Source: a bacterium | GTDB lineage: Bacteria; Hinthialibacterota; Hinthialibacteria; Hinthialibacterales; Hinthialibacteraceae | Direction: 5' to 3' | Length of the DNA stretch: 64,000 nt | NCBI GenBank assembly: GCA_963663405.2 | Contig: CAXXSM010000150.1 | Location: forward strand, 1-64,000 | Part shown: piece after piece, positions 17,898 to 28,633 of the stretch | Numbering within the stretch: position 1 is the first letter of the stretch | Layout: the number at the start of each line of letters is the position of its first letter | Notes under the pieces: model-generated | Databases searched by the model: none | Told to the model about the DNA's origin: nothing | The model's input: the letters and a program-made list of their open reading frames with translations, nothing else | Made by a program: the position numbers and the translations under genes

Positions 17898-18323
17898 TTG
17901 AAAATGGATCGCTGTTCGGATCTCAAATTAATCGATCTCTTATCGATGCGTCCCGGTTCACTTCTCCGGCCACATGCGGTGAAGGGTGATTTTGGATGCA
18001 TGGAAAGTGAGACGCTATCACAAAACCGGGGATGGCGTGAAGAAATCTCCCATGCGATCTTTCCCCAGGGAGATTCGATTAAAATCCATAATTTCTCGAA
18101 ACTCCTCGATATACCTCTATCCACCCAAATTCTGATCCGCCACCCGGATGGAAAAGTCGTTGAAATTCTCCGGCTCAAGGAACGGGCCTGGGAAACCGTT
18201 TTGGAACGGGCCGGGAACCGGGCGGATGTTTTGGTCAACGGCCGTGTCATTGCACGAGGAGAAATCGTCAATACCGCTGCTCAGAGTGGAATCTTAATCA
18301 CAACGGTCGCAGCGTTGTCATAA
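17898..18323 (+). CDS. Divergent FliN/SpoA-domain protein
   Basis: LLDIPL...VLVNGRVIARGEIV...GILIT; alternative start at ATG 18000. Confidence 0.7.
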   Translation: MKMDRCSDLKLIDLLSMRPGSLLRPHAVKGDFGCMESETLSQNRGWREEISHAIFPQGDSIKIHNFSKLLDIPLSTQILIRHPDGKVVEILRLKERAWETVLERAGNRADVLVNGRVIARGEIVNTAAQSGILITTVAALS

Positions 18324-18522
18324 TTTTTTTGTGAGCCGCCAACTCCGGCGCGGGATAATTCTCAGCGTCCTTGATGGAATCCCGCCGGATGGCTGGTCTC
18401 TTATTTTTTAACAAACGCCGTTCGCGCTGAAACGGCGTTCGAATTTGGGTTTGAGGGCCGCAAGACCCAGCGTTTTCTTGCGGAGGGCTGGATCTGTGTG
18501 AATCCAGCGGAATCGGACTGTC

Positions 18523-19305
18523 ATGGATAGCCGCCGTCTGTTTATTGTTCGCAGCGCAATAGGCGTATTGATTCTATTTGTCTCCGCAATGGAATCCATC
18601 ACAGCGGAAAACAACCACAGGATTCAATCAGGAACCACCCATTCGTACGCCGCCGAAGCGCTCGCTCTTTCCACCACACCCACGGTCGAATCCGCATCAA
18701 ATACACTTTTGGACCATAATAATAAAATCCTCAGCGGGATTTATTCGGCTTACGGTGATTCTCCGGAAACCAGCGATATTCGCGCCCAAAATCAAACCGA
18801 TACACAACCTAACAATGAAAACATGCTTGGTTATATGGGCAAAATGTTAATCAGCCTTGCGTTTGTCATTCTGCTCGTGCTGGGTTTCGCATGGTTCGCC
18901 AAACGATACATTGTCAAAGACCGTACATTGGGCGGCAGTCATATTCATCTGCTCGCTTCCTATGCCCTTTCTCAGAAATCGCAGGTCCATCTTCTCCGTG
19001 TCGGGCAGGAGTGTTTTCTCGTTGGGGAAGGGGGCAGTTCTCTCACGATGCTTTCGAAAGTTGAACTACCGAGTGGTTCGCGCTCCAGTATGTCCGCGTT
19101 AAACGCGCAAGACGAGGACTATAACGAAGGAAACACACTGTCCAGAGAAACCGGAGAACAGACGGAATCTTTTGGAGAGCGTCTCTCGCAATGGCAATCC
19201 GCGCTGCAGGATAAAGATATGAGTCAGGAAGTGCGGAACAGCCTGCTCCTTTTAGGCAATTTGACACAACGTTTACGGAAGAAAGGGGGGCCTATGAATG
19301 AATGA
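18523..19305 (+). CDS. fliO: Flagellar biosynthesis protein FliO (extended)
   Basis: TM MLISLAFVILLVLGFAWFAKR followed by I.LL....L..K..V.L.RVG...FLVG; precedes fliP. Confidence 0.8.
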   Translation: MDSRRLFIVRSAIGVLILFVSAMESITAENNHRIQSGTTHSYAAEALALSTTPTVESASNTLLDHNNKILSGIYSAYGDSPETSDIRAQNQTDTQPNNENMLGYMGKMLISLAFVILLVLGFAWFAKRYIVKDRTLGGSHIHLLASYALSQKSQVHLLRVGQECFLVGEGGSSLTMLSKVELPSGSRSSMSALNAQDEDYNEGNTLSRETGEQTESFGERLSQWQSALQDKDMSQEVRNSLLLLGNLTQRLRKKGGPMNE

Positions 19306-20239
19306 AATCCAAACGCCCCTATGCGTAGTTTCCCCCCACATGGTTTCACACCAACCAACCTGTGAGACACAAGGGCGCTGGCAATGGATGAAACATCGCT
19401 GTTTCATTTGGATTTGGCTGGTCACGCTTATAGTGAGCCTCTTTTTCGCTGCAACAAGCGCAAACGCTCAGTCCGTAACTTCCATGCTGCCCAATATTGG
19501 GATTGATGGGGAACCTGCGCCTCAAGACGTTTCGATCACCCTGCAGATCCTGTTTTTATTAACGATTCTCTCACTACTGCCCAGCATTGCGGTGATGACG
19601 ACATCGTTTATTCGCATCTCTATCGTTCTGGGATTGGTGCGCCGGGCGATTGGAACACAACAAACGCCCTCCAACGAAGTGATTGTTGGGCTCTCGTTGT
19701 TCATGACCTTCTTCATCATGTCGCCGGTGTTTCAGGAAATTTATGACGGAGCGCTGGGCCCCTATCTCGCGGAAGAGATTAAACCTCTCGAAGTGGGCGA
19801 CACAGACGCATTTGGAAAAACCGTGACGGAACGGCAGCTGCCATTCTTTGTCATGCTTCAACGGGCGATCATGCCCATCCGCACATTTATGTGGCAGCAG
19901 ATCGGTTTGGAGAATTCGATGGATGTGGGAACATTTATGGTGATGGCGAATATTGAAAAACCGAACGATCTAAATGATGTCCCCACGCATGTGCTCATAC
20001 CGGCGTTTATGATCAGCGAGTTGAAGAAAGCGTTCATGATGGGATTTATGATTTTTATTCCCTTTCTCATTCTGGACATCGTGACTTCATCCGTCTTGAT
20101 TTCGATGGGTATGTTCCAATTGCCACCCGCGTTTATCTCGCTTCCCTTCAAGATTCTGCTCTTCGTCTTAGTGGATGGATGGAGTGTTCTCGTCAAAGCG
20201 CTGGGTTTATCGTTCTTCCAAAACATGACTCCGATTTAG
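19298..20239 (+). CDS. fliP: Flagellar export apparatus protein FliP
   Basis: LTILSLLPS...MTTSFIRI; PAFMISELKKAF; ISLPFKILLFVLVDGW. True start probably later (MKHR). Confidence 0.96.
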   Translation: MNEIQTPLCVVSPHMVSHQPTCETQGRWQWMKHRCFIWIWLVTLIVSLFFAATSANAQSVTSMLPNIGIDGEPAPQDVSITLQILFLLTILSLLPSIAVMTTSFIRISIVLGLVRRAIGTQQTPSNEVIVGLSLFMTFFIMSPVFQEIYDGALGPYLAEEIKPLEVGDTDAFGKTVTERQLPFFVMLQRAIMPIRTFMWQQIGLENSMDVGTFMVMANIEKPNDLNDVPTHVLIPAFMISELKKAFMMGFMIFIPFLILDIVTSSVLISMGMFQLPPAFISLPFKILLFVLVDGWSVLVKALGLSFFQNMTPI

Positions 20240-20313
20240 GCGCCGTCATTGAGTGGAAGGGAATTTTCTTATTCGGCACAGAGCAAAGAGGTGACACGTA
20301 AAGGAAAAATCGA

Positions 20314-20589
20314 ATGAACGAAATGAAAGTAATTGAACTGGGACAATTAATGATGTTCAACGCGCTCATCATCAGCCTTCCCCTTTTAGGAATCGGGTTG
20401 ATTGTCGGTGTATTGATCAGCATCGTGCAGTCCGCCACGCAGATTAATGAGCAAACCTTAACCATTGTGCCCAAACTGCTGGTGGTCGGATTGACGATTA
20501 TGTTCCTTATGCCGTGGTTGATGGAGCGGATTTTGGATTTAGCGACAATGCTGTTCAATCAAATCCCCGATGTCGCGAGAAACCGGTAA
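20314..20589 (+). CDS. fliQ: Flagellar export protein FliQ
   Basis: GLIVGVLISIVQSATQINEQTL..VPKL. Confidence 0.95.
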   Translation: MNEMKVIELGQLMMFNALIISLPLLGIGLIVGVLISIVQSATQINEQTLTIVPKLLVVGLTIMFLMPWLMERILDLATMLFNQIPDVARNR

Positions 20590-20595
20590 AAACCA

Positions 20596-21447
20596 ATGAC
20601 GATTCTACCGGCGCCATATGACACAACCTTTTTGACGTTTTTCTTTGTTTACGTCCGGGTTAGTGTCGTCGTCTTTACAATGCCGGTTTTAGGGAACACC
20701 ACCGTCTCACGGCCAATCCGCGCCGGCATCGCATTCTGGGTGACGATGGTTCTTATCGGCCACCTGATGGGACTGAGTGAAACAAGGGAAGGTCTTGTCT
20801 CCGAAGTCGAACGCGGATATGACGGCTTGGTTGATTTCGCGATCGCCGTGGCGGGGGAAGTTGTCATTGGCCTTGTTCTAGGATTCATCGGCCAGATTCT
20901 CTTGCACACCATAGGCATCGCGGGTGAGATTATCGGTCAGCAGGCCGGTTTTTCCGCCGCGTCCGTCTTCGATCCGATCACAGGTCAGGATATTTTTCTT
21001 ATGGCTCAGATCAATACATGGGTCGGGACTCTTGTATTTCTTATTATAGGTGGGCCGGAGATCGTCATTTCTGTACTGGCTGACAGTTTCAAGATTCTAA
21101 AACCGGGGGAAGGATTCCCCGTCGATGGATTGGCCGAAGGCGCATGGGAGGTAATGTTGTTCAGTGAAGGGCGGCGCTACGCGATGGGAACGATTATGTA
21201 TAAAGTCGGTGTACAGATCGCCGCGCCGCTTGCGGGTTCAATGATTCTGATCAGCGTCGCCGAGGCGTTTATGGCGCGCACCGTTCCTCAGTTGAACATC
21301 ATGGCGGTCGGATTCGCGATCCGGATTTCCATGAGTTTGCTGATTTTACTTAGTATGTTTCAGTATAGCACATTGACGTTTAAGAGCCACTTGCTTCGCT
21401 ATCAAGATTACGCGTACGCGTTTTTACAAAGAATGGCGCCATTCTGA
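20596..21447 (+). CDS. fliR: Flagellar export protein FliR
   Basis: EVVIGLVLG, AGEIIG.Q.GF...FDP, RTVPQLN...GF. Confidence 0.93.
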   Translation: MTILPAPYDTTFLTFFFVYVRVSVVVFTMPVLGNTTVSRPIRAGIAFWVTMVLIGHLMGLSETREGLVSEVERGYDGLVDFAIAVAGEVVIGLVLGFIGQILLHTIGIAGEIIGQQAGFSAASVFDPITGQDIFLMAQINTWVGTLVFLIIGGPEIVISVLADSFKILKPGEGFPVDGLAEGAWEVMLFSEGRRYAMGTIMYKVGVQIAAPLAGSMILISVAEAFMARTVPQLNIMAVGFAIRISMSLLILLSMFQYSTLTFKSHLLRYQDYAYAFLQRMAPF

Positions 21448-21501
21448 ATTGCGGTTCATTCATTCTGAACGATGACTTGAACATCGTCGGTGTAGGTATC
21501 T

Positions 21502-22585
21502 ATGGCGGAAAACGAGTCCGGACAGGACAAAACTGAGGCGGCGACTCCTCGAAAGCGCCAACAAGCGAGAGAAAAGGGCAATGTCCCGAAAAGCCAGGAG
21601 ATCAACACGACTCTCATTTTGATCGCGGGAGTCGTGGCGTTTTTCCTTTTTCGCCGAACGATTCTATGGAAAAATCGCGCTGGCGATCCAGATTTACCTG
21701 GGGCAATGTCATATACGCGAAGTAAATCCAGAGAGCGCGCATGCGATTATTTTGGAATTGGGATTTCGCGTTCTTGAAATCCTGATGCCCTTTTTCATCA
21801 TCTTTGTCATCGTGGCGCTCGCGATCAACTTCGCCCAAGTGGGATTACTCTTTTCCGCCCAGGCGCTGCGGCCTAAATTCGAACGGTTGAATCCGATCAG
21901 TGGATTCAAACGGCTCTTCTCCATCCGGGGCCGGATCGAATTGGTTAAGGCCATTGCAAAGATGATGGTGATCGCGCCGGTTATGATCTACACCGTTTAT
22001 TACGCGCTTCCGGGAATGCGGGATCTGATGGGTTATGAGGCGAAACAAATTCTAATCCACATCGGATGGAAGGCGCTTGAAGTCGCCGTCTACGCATTGC
22101 TGGTCATGCTGATTCTTTCACTATTGGATTTCGTGTATCAGCGCTGGCAATTCGAACAAGACCTTAAGATGACCAAGCAGGAAGTCAAGCAGGAAATGAA
22201 AGACATTCAGGGTGATCCGCAGATTAAAGGCCGTATCCGCTCTTTACAAATGGAAATGGCCCGTCGCCGCATGATGCAGGAAGTGCCGGAAGCGGAAGTG
22301 GTCGTCACAAATCCAACGGAATACGCGATCGCCCTGAAATACGGCCCAAACACCGGCTTGGCGGCCCCAATGGTCGTCGCCAAAGGACGCGGAGCGCTCG
22401 CGCGGAGAATCAAGGAGATCGCGCTTGAACATGATGTGCCGATTGTTGAAAACCGGCCGCTGGCGCAGTCACTCTATAAATTAGTGGAAGTGGGGGATTT
22501 GATTCCTCCTGACTTATACCAGGCGGTGGCGGAAGTTCTCGCGTATGTCTATCGCTTAAAGGAACGAGCTCATCAATGGGCGTAG
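21502..22585 (+). CDS. flhB: Flagellar export protein FlhB (frameshifted at T5 runs, 21640-21651)
   Basis: KTEAATPRKR..AREKGNVPKSQE joins LNPISGFKR...KMTKQEVKQE.K...GDPQIK...NPTE when one T is removed. Confidence 0.93.
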
Positions 22586-22599
22586 GGATCTAAGAAATC

Positions 22600-24728
22600 A
22601 TGGCGGACGTGAACGCAAAAGCCCGTGGAATCAACGCGCAAAGTATCACGAATATTGTGGTGGCGTTTGGATTCGTGGGCATTATTGGAATTATGCTGGG
22701 TTCGATCCCTCCCAGCATGTTATCCTTTTTACTCGCCACGAATATATCCCTTGCGCTGATGGTTCTGATGCTCTCGCTGTATATGAAGAATCCGCTGGAA
22801 TTTACGACGTTTCCATCGGTGCTGTTAATCCTGACATTCTTCCGGCTCTCGCTGAACGTCGCGTCGACCAAACTGATTTTAACGCCAGGCGCGGGGGCGC
22901 GAAAGCCGGCGCCGTTATTCAATTCTTCGGCGAGGTCGTCGCCGGGAACAATCCCATTATCGGATTCGTCGTTTTCCTGATTCTGATCATCATTCAGTTT
23001 GTGGTCATCACCAAAGGTTCGGGGCGGATCGCGGAAGTCGCCGCCCGCTTCACCTTGGACGCCATGCCGGGCAAGCAGATGGCGATCGACGCGGACCTGA
23101 ACGCCGGTCTGATTACCGAAGCGGAAGCCCGACAGCGCCGCGCGGAAATCGCGCGGGAAGCGGATTTTTACGGCGCAATGGACGGCGCCAGCAAATTTGT
23201 CCGGGGCGACGCCATCGCCGGGATTATCATAACCGTGATCAATATCATCGGGGGCATCGCGGTCGGTTTCATTGATGGTTTGGATTTCATGACCGTGCTA
23301 GAGACGTACACGATCCTCACCATCGGTGACGGCCTGGTCAGTCAGATCCCCGCGCTTCTCATTGCGACCGCCGCCGGTGTTGTCGTCACACGCGCTTCGG
23401 AAGAACGGGCGTTGGGAGAGAGTTTGACCGAACAATTCTTCGGCAAACCGGAGGCGATGTTCGCAGCGTCGGCGGCGATTTTTCTTGTCGCTACACTGGG
23501 AATGATTGTCAGCCCTGGCATCGTATTGCCGTTCGCGTCGATGGCGTTCCTTGTGGGCGGCGGTGCGTGGTGGATGCGGCAGATCCAGGAAACGAGAATC
23601 GAGGAGGAAGAGGAAGCCAAACGGGCGGAAGTGGAAGAAGCGCCGCCCGAACCGGAACGGGTCGAATCCCTGCTCGAAGTGGATCCCATGGAAATCGAGA
23701 TCGGCTTCGGATTGATTTCCATCGTAGATAGCGAACAAGGAGGCGATCTGTTGGACCGGGTCGCGGTCATCCGGCGGCAGACCGCCGTCGAACTGGGGAT
23801 CGTCGTTCCGCCCATCCGCATCCGCGACAACATGCAGTTGGGTCCACGGCAGTACAACATCTTAATCCGGGGGATCAAAGTGGCGGAAGGGGAAATTCGT
23901 CCCGACCGGTTGTTGGCGATGAATCCATCAGCGGCGGAGGATGACGACGTACCGGGAATCAAAGGCGTTGAACCGGCGTTCGGCACACCGGCGAAATGGA
24001 TCGAACCCAATGAACGCTCCCGCGCCGAAATGGCGGGTTACAGCGTCGTAGAACCCGCCGCCGTGTTGGCGACTCACCTTACGGAAATTATCCGCAGCCA
24101 CGCCTATGAACTGCTCGGACGGCAGGAAGTCCAGGAACTGATCGATAATCTTAAGGAACGTAACGCCGTTCTTGTTAAAGAATTGATTGAAGTGACCAGC
24201 GTCAAGATCGGTATCATCCAAAAAGTCCTGCAGAACCTATTGCGCGAGCGTGTGCCGATTCGAAATCTGGAACTGATTTTCGAAGCGATCGCGGATTACG
24301 CCGAACCCTCGCAGATGAATCCAGACACAATCACGGAATACTGCCGCATGAATCTGGCCCGGATCATTACTCAGCTCTACCTCGATCAAAACGGGCAGCT
24401 GCCGGTCATTACTATCGATCCCAATATCGAAGCCCGCATTCTGGAAGGTATGCAGCGGGGCGGTATGGCGGGCGTCATGGCGACTGATCCGGCCTACGCG
24501 GAGCGTATCATCACCAGCATCCAGTCGGCGGCGAACGACGCTATCGCGTCCGGCTATCATCCATTGGTTTTAACAACACCTCAAATTCGTTCGCATTTGC
24601 GCCGTCTCTGTGAGCGGCGAGTGGGTCAATTAATTGTTCTGTCATATAACGAAGTGGCGCCGGATGTTCAGGTGACCCGGATTGTAACAGTGAGGTTGCA
24701 AAGTGAGAGTGAAAAAGTTTCAAGCTAA
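22600..24728 (+). CDS. flhA: Flagellar export protein FlhA (frameshifted at G5, 22893-22897)
   Basis: FPSVLL..T.FRLSLNVAST; one extra G gives AGAVIQFFG.VV.GN...QFVVITKGSGRIAEVAARFTLDAMPGKQMAIDADL. Confidence 0.95.
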
Positions 24729-26199
24729 ATCCATGCCCGAAGCCATGAAAATGGTCAAGGCGGAACTCGGTCCTGACGCGATTATCCTGCATTCACGCGA
24801 TACGGGCCGCGGCTTCTTTGGCCTCTTGATGGGCCGGGGAGTTGAAATCACCGCCGCTGTCGATACGGCAGAGAACAAAAAACCGGCGGCGCCCAAACGT
24901 TCTAACGGCGCCAATGGAAACAAATCCAAACTAAAAACAGGTGGGAATATCAATATTCAGATTTCCGATCCCCCGTCACTCTCGGACCCACCTCCTCTCC
25001 TTGATCCGGCGCCAAAACCAAAGCCCGTGGATGAAGATCTCCTTCGGCGCCTGACGGAGCAATTGGCAAACGATCCGCGTCCGCAGAAACCGAATGGAGA
25101 TATCGCCTTCGATCAACCAAAACCATCGCCTTCGGAACAAAGGAAGGAAAAACGGTTGGAAGAACGAATTGCGCGGCTGGAGAGTCATATCCACAAACTA
25201 ACCGGCATGATCGAACACCTCGTGCCCTCTCTCACATCCGGAGACGTTCCCGCTGTCCCTCAACACACGCGGGAACTATATAACCATCTTCTCGAACAGG
25301 ATGTTGATGAACGATTGGCGCTTTCCATCGCCGCGCGGATCGCGGAGACCATAGACGAAAAAGACGATGCTTGGACCGCGTTGAAAACGCATCTGATCTC
25401 CCGCATTCCCGTCGCGCCTCCAATTGAAATTGATTTTGATGTAAAGAAACCCAAAGTCCTGATGCTCGTTGGTCCGACCGGCGTTGGGAAAACGACGACC
25501 TTGGCGAAGATTTCGGCGCAATACCGGAGCGTGGAGAAAAACCGGCGTCCTAAGATTGTCTTCATCACCGCCGATCTCTATCGATTGGCGGCGGTGGAAC
25601 AGTTGCAGAAGTACACGGAAATCCTCGGCTCCCATCTCGAAGTCACCTACTCGCCGGATGAAGTCACACAGGCGTTGAACAAACACAAAGACGCGCATCT
25701 GATCTTATTCGACACAGCGGGAACCAGCCAGCGCAACATGCCTCAGATGACCACGCTCGCGGGGATCGTGGAAGCGGCGCAGCCTACCGAAGTCCATCTG
25801 GTGCTTTCCGCTACGACGAAATTCAGTGACGCGGTGGATATCATCGAACATTTCCAAGCAGTCAAACCAACGCGCCTGATTTTCTCCAAAATTGACGAAG
25901 CCACAACCTATGGCACGATATTGAATAGCGTTTCGAAATTCAACATCCCCATCTCCTATCTCACCGTCGGTCAGAATGTGCCGGAAGATATTGAATTCGC
26001 GCGCCAGGATCGGATCGCCAAACTCCTAATGACCAAACCAGCCGTCAATCGTTCTATTATCAGTCTGAAGGACGGCCTGGACGATCCAGCCGGAAAAACG
26101 CCCTCCAATAAAAAAAAGCCGGAGGAGAAGCGCCAAACCGATCCAAGCGTAAAGGATACCAATAAGCGGGAACGAACCGATGAAGAAACGAATTCCTGA
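24703..26199 (+). CDS. flhF: Flagellar SRP-family GTPase FlhF
   Basis: MRVKKF.A..M.EA..VK.ELG.DAIIL; GPTGVGKTTT; DTAG; SKIDE; GQNVPEDI. Confidence 0.95.
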   Translation: MRVKKFQAKSMPEAMKMVKAELGPDAIILHSRDTGRGFFGLLMGRGVEITAAVDTAENKKPAAPKRSNGANGNKSKLKTGGNINIQISDPPSLSDPPPLLDPAPKPKPVDEDLLRRLTEQLANDPRPQKPNGDIAFDQPKPSPSEQRKEKRLEERIARLESHIHKLTGMIEHLVPSLTSGDVPAVPQHTRELYNHLLEQDVDERLALSIAARIAETIDEKDDAWTALKTHLISRIPVAPPIEIDFDVKKPKVLMLVGPTGVGKTTTLAKISAQYRSVEKNRRPKIVFITADLYRLAAVEQLQKYTEILGSHLEVTYSPDEVTQALNKHKDAHLILFDTAGTSQRNMPQMTTLAGIVEAAQPTEVHLVLSATTKFSDAVDIIEHFQAVKPTRLIFSKIDEATTYGTILNSVSKFNIPISYLTVGQNVPEDIEFARQDRIAKLLMTKPAVNRSIISLKDGLDDPAGKTPSNKKKPEEKRQTDPSVKDTNKRERTDEETNS

Positions 26200-27454
26200 T
26201 CAGGCGGAACAACTCCGCCGTCTGGTCGAAAACGAACAGAACGATATCAACGAGAACGCCCCTGTTAAGGACGCTTCATCGGGCGCCGTTACCGCCGTTG
26301 AACCGAAGAGTCAAACCAGCGGCGCGGAGAAACTTATCCCACAGGCGTCTAAAAAAAAGAAATTAAAGAAGAATAAACAGGCCAAATTTCAGATTGAAAA
26401 CGACCTAGTCAATATAGAACTGCCCATTAAAAACGCACAGGCGCCGGCGGAAATACTCACAAATCCACTTTCGAAATCAACCAATTCACAGGAGAATACA
26501 AAGCCCTCTTCGCAACCAATCACGAAAAAGGAGACGTCCCAAGCCCCACCAAAAGAGAAGAAACCACAGATCACATCCGCGCCAATGATTGGCAAGATCA
26601 AACGTCTGGCCGTGGAAAAAGAAACCCGCGTCATCGCGATTACGGGCGGTAAAGGCGGAGTCGGAAAAACGAACGTTGCCTGTAACCTCTCACTCGCTTT
26701 TACGCGCATGAATAAAAAGGTCCTCCTTCTCGACGCGGATCTATCGCTGGCGAACGTCGATGTGCTGCTTGGAATGACGCCCCGGTTAAATCTGTCCCAC
26801 GTCATCAACCGGGAGAAAAAACTCCACGAGATTCTCGTTCAAGGAGCCGAAGGGCTTACAATTGTTCCCGGCGGCTCTGGTGTGGAGGAATTAAGCAACC
26901 TGCCCCCAAACCAATTGGAGGAACTCTTTGACTCATTCGCCCGCATCACACCGGTTCCTGACATTCTCCTAATCGACACGGCGGCGGGCATCCATCCTAA
27001 TGTGATTCAATTTCTCTTAGCCGCCGATCAGGTCATCGTGGTCACCTCACCCGAACCGCCATCGTATACCGACGCCTACGCCCTTATCAAAACGCTGGTA
27101 AAACACGACGCGAACAAAGATATTGGGATTCTCGTGAATATGGCCCAATCCCCCCGCCAAGCGCTGGACGTCGTCAGGCTCTTACTCCAAATGTGTCAAC
27201 AGATGCTGCACATTCAATTGCGCAATATGGGTTTCATCCCCCGTGATCCCGCCGTATTGAAAGCGGTCATGCGCCAAAAACCATTCCTCCTGCAGGCCCC
27301 AAACTGCCCCGCCTCCAAATCGGTCCACAACATCGCGGCCACAGTCCTCCAAGTCAAATCCAACCAAGACCACCCCGGCGGCATCAAAAACTTCTTACGC
27401 CGCCTTTTCGGCTCTAATAAACAACCGGAATTGAAAGCGGCGTCGTCGACGTGA
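26180..27454 (+). CDS. flhG: FlhG/FleN MinD-like ATPase with a long N-terminal linker
   Basis: DQAEQLR N-terminal motif; GKGGVGKT; DADLSLANVD; DTAAG; DAYALIK; follows flhF. Confidence 0.92.
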   Translation: MKKRIPDQAEQLRRLVENEQNDINENAPVKDASSGAVTAVEPKSQTSGAEKLIPQASKKKKLKKNKQAKFQIENDLVNIELPIKNAQAPAEILTNPLSKSTNSQENTKPSSQPITKKETSQAPPKEKKPQITSAPMIGKIKRLAVEKETRVIAITGGKGGVGKTNVACNLSLAFTRMNKKVLLLDADLSLANVDVLLGMTPRLNLSHVINREKKLHEILVQGAEGLTIVPGGSGVEELSNLPPNQLEELFDSFARITPVPDILLIDTAAGIHPNVIQFLLAADQVIVVTSPEPPSYTDAYALIKTLVKHDANKDIGILVNMAQSPRQALDVVRLLLQMCQQMLHIQLRNMGFIPRDPAVLKAVMRQKPFLLQAPNCPASKSVHNIAATVLQVKSNQDHPGGIKNFLRRLFGSNKQPELKAASST

Positions 27455-27496
27455 TAACCCTTCACGTCACTCGAATGAGCGTCCATTGGATTTTCT

Positions 27497-28396
27497 TTAA
27501 AATCCTCTATTCTTTTTTAACTCGTCACTATAAAGCAATTCATGAAGTTTATAAGCAGGGACTACTGCTGCAATACCTAAGTTAGATGAATAAGTTGGAT
27601 TTTTTTTTGTTTCTATATTTTCAATCTCTTTATCTTCACCGAAGTGGCCAATCAATACACCTGCTAGTTTATATTTTAGGTAAACTGCATTCACAGTTAC
27701 AATCTTATTATCACTTCCAAAATAAAAAAACACCGGAGATCCGCTATTTCCCCCGTAGGAACCTGCTTCAATAAGGTACAAGTCCCTTTTTTTGTCTTGC
27801 CATTCTATTTTTTCTTCTGTGATAAGCGCGACACGTCCAAACCTTACAATAGGATAATTCTTTTCAGCTCCTGGATATGGTGTAAAAAGACCTGTAAAAA
27901 ATACATCAGAACCTTCATGAATTTCCATATTTTTAAAATCTTCTTCCGTTGTAATCATTCCTTCTGAAATTAATTTTAAATCAATTATATTCAGATTAGG
28001 ATGAAAATGGATTATTGCTAGATCAACGTCGGAATCATCGTGTGTGGAAACTGTTCTTAGTAAACCTTCAGCAATTATCGGTATATTTATATATTCAACC
28101 ATGCCGTCCTTCTTGTTAAGGCGAAGGTAAACATTTGATAACCAGTTTTTACCATCAGGTGTTTTCAGAACATGCTTTGCGGTGACAAAATAGATAGCAT
28201 GACGTGTCTTTTCTGAATTTCGAACTCCCACAAAAAAGCCCGTTCCGTAGGGTACTTTCTTATTATCCTGATTGAGGACATAGACATATCCTACAGCAGA
28301 TTTTATTTCCGGTGGGAAAAGTACAGCATCAGCATTCAAATTGGAAATGGATATTAGTATAAATATTACCATAAGAAAAATACAAATGGCTCTCAT
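27497..28396 (-). CDS. Secreted trypsin-like serine protease
   Basis: Signal peptide; GTGF, VTAKHV (His), DVDLA (Asp), GGNSGSPV (Ser). Confidence 0.85.
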   Translation of the reverse strand: MRAICIFLMVIFILISISNLNADAVLFPPEIKSAVGYVYVLNQDNKKVPYGTGFFVGVRNSEKTRHAIYFVTAKHVLKTPDGKNWLSNVYLRLNKKDGMVEYINIPIIAEGLLRTVSTHDDSDVDLAIIHFHPNLNIIDLKLISEGMITTEEDFKNMEIHEGSDVFFTGLFTPYPGAEKNYPIVRFGRVALITEEKIEWQDKKRDLYLIEAGSYGGNSGSPVFFYFGSDNKIVTVNAVYLKYKLAGVLIGHFGEDKEIENIETKKNPTYSSNLGIAAVVPAYKLHELLYSDELKKNRGF

Positions 28397-28633
28397 ACTT
28401 ATTCTCCTTTTAAAATTAAACCTAAACTTATAATGCGTCTAATTTTCTTTTTTCTATTTAAGGCCTAAATCATCATTCATAAAGCGAATATGCATTGATA
28501 TTAAAAAAATCTTTCATTTATCACGCGACTCCATAGAATCCAATCAGCGATATGCTATATTATTTACCATAATGCGTCAAGCTTTCCATATTGATTTGAA
28601 TAATTATAATTAGAACATGAATTGGAGAGAATC

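Noticed and set aside
23298-24010. Long antisense ORFs (e.g. 23342..24010, 55558..56331, 8448..9035)
   Set aside because: Shadows of well-supported genes on the opposite strand with no recognisable motifs.
21502-24728. flhB and flhA as true pseudogenes (non-motile organism)
   Set aside because: Each has a single homopolymer indel, the rest of the operon is intact, and unrelated genes show the same error type.
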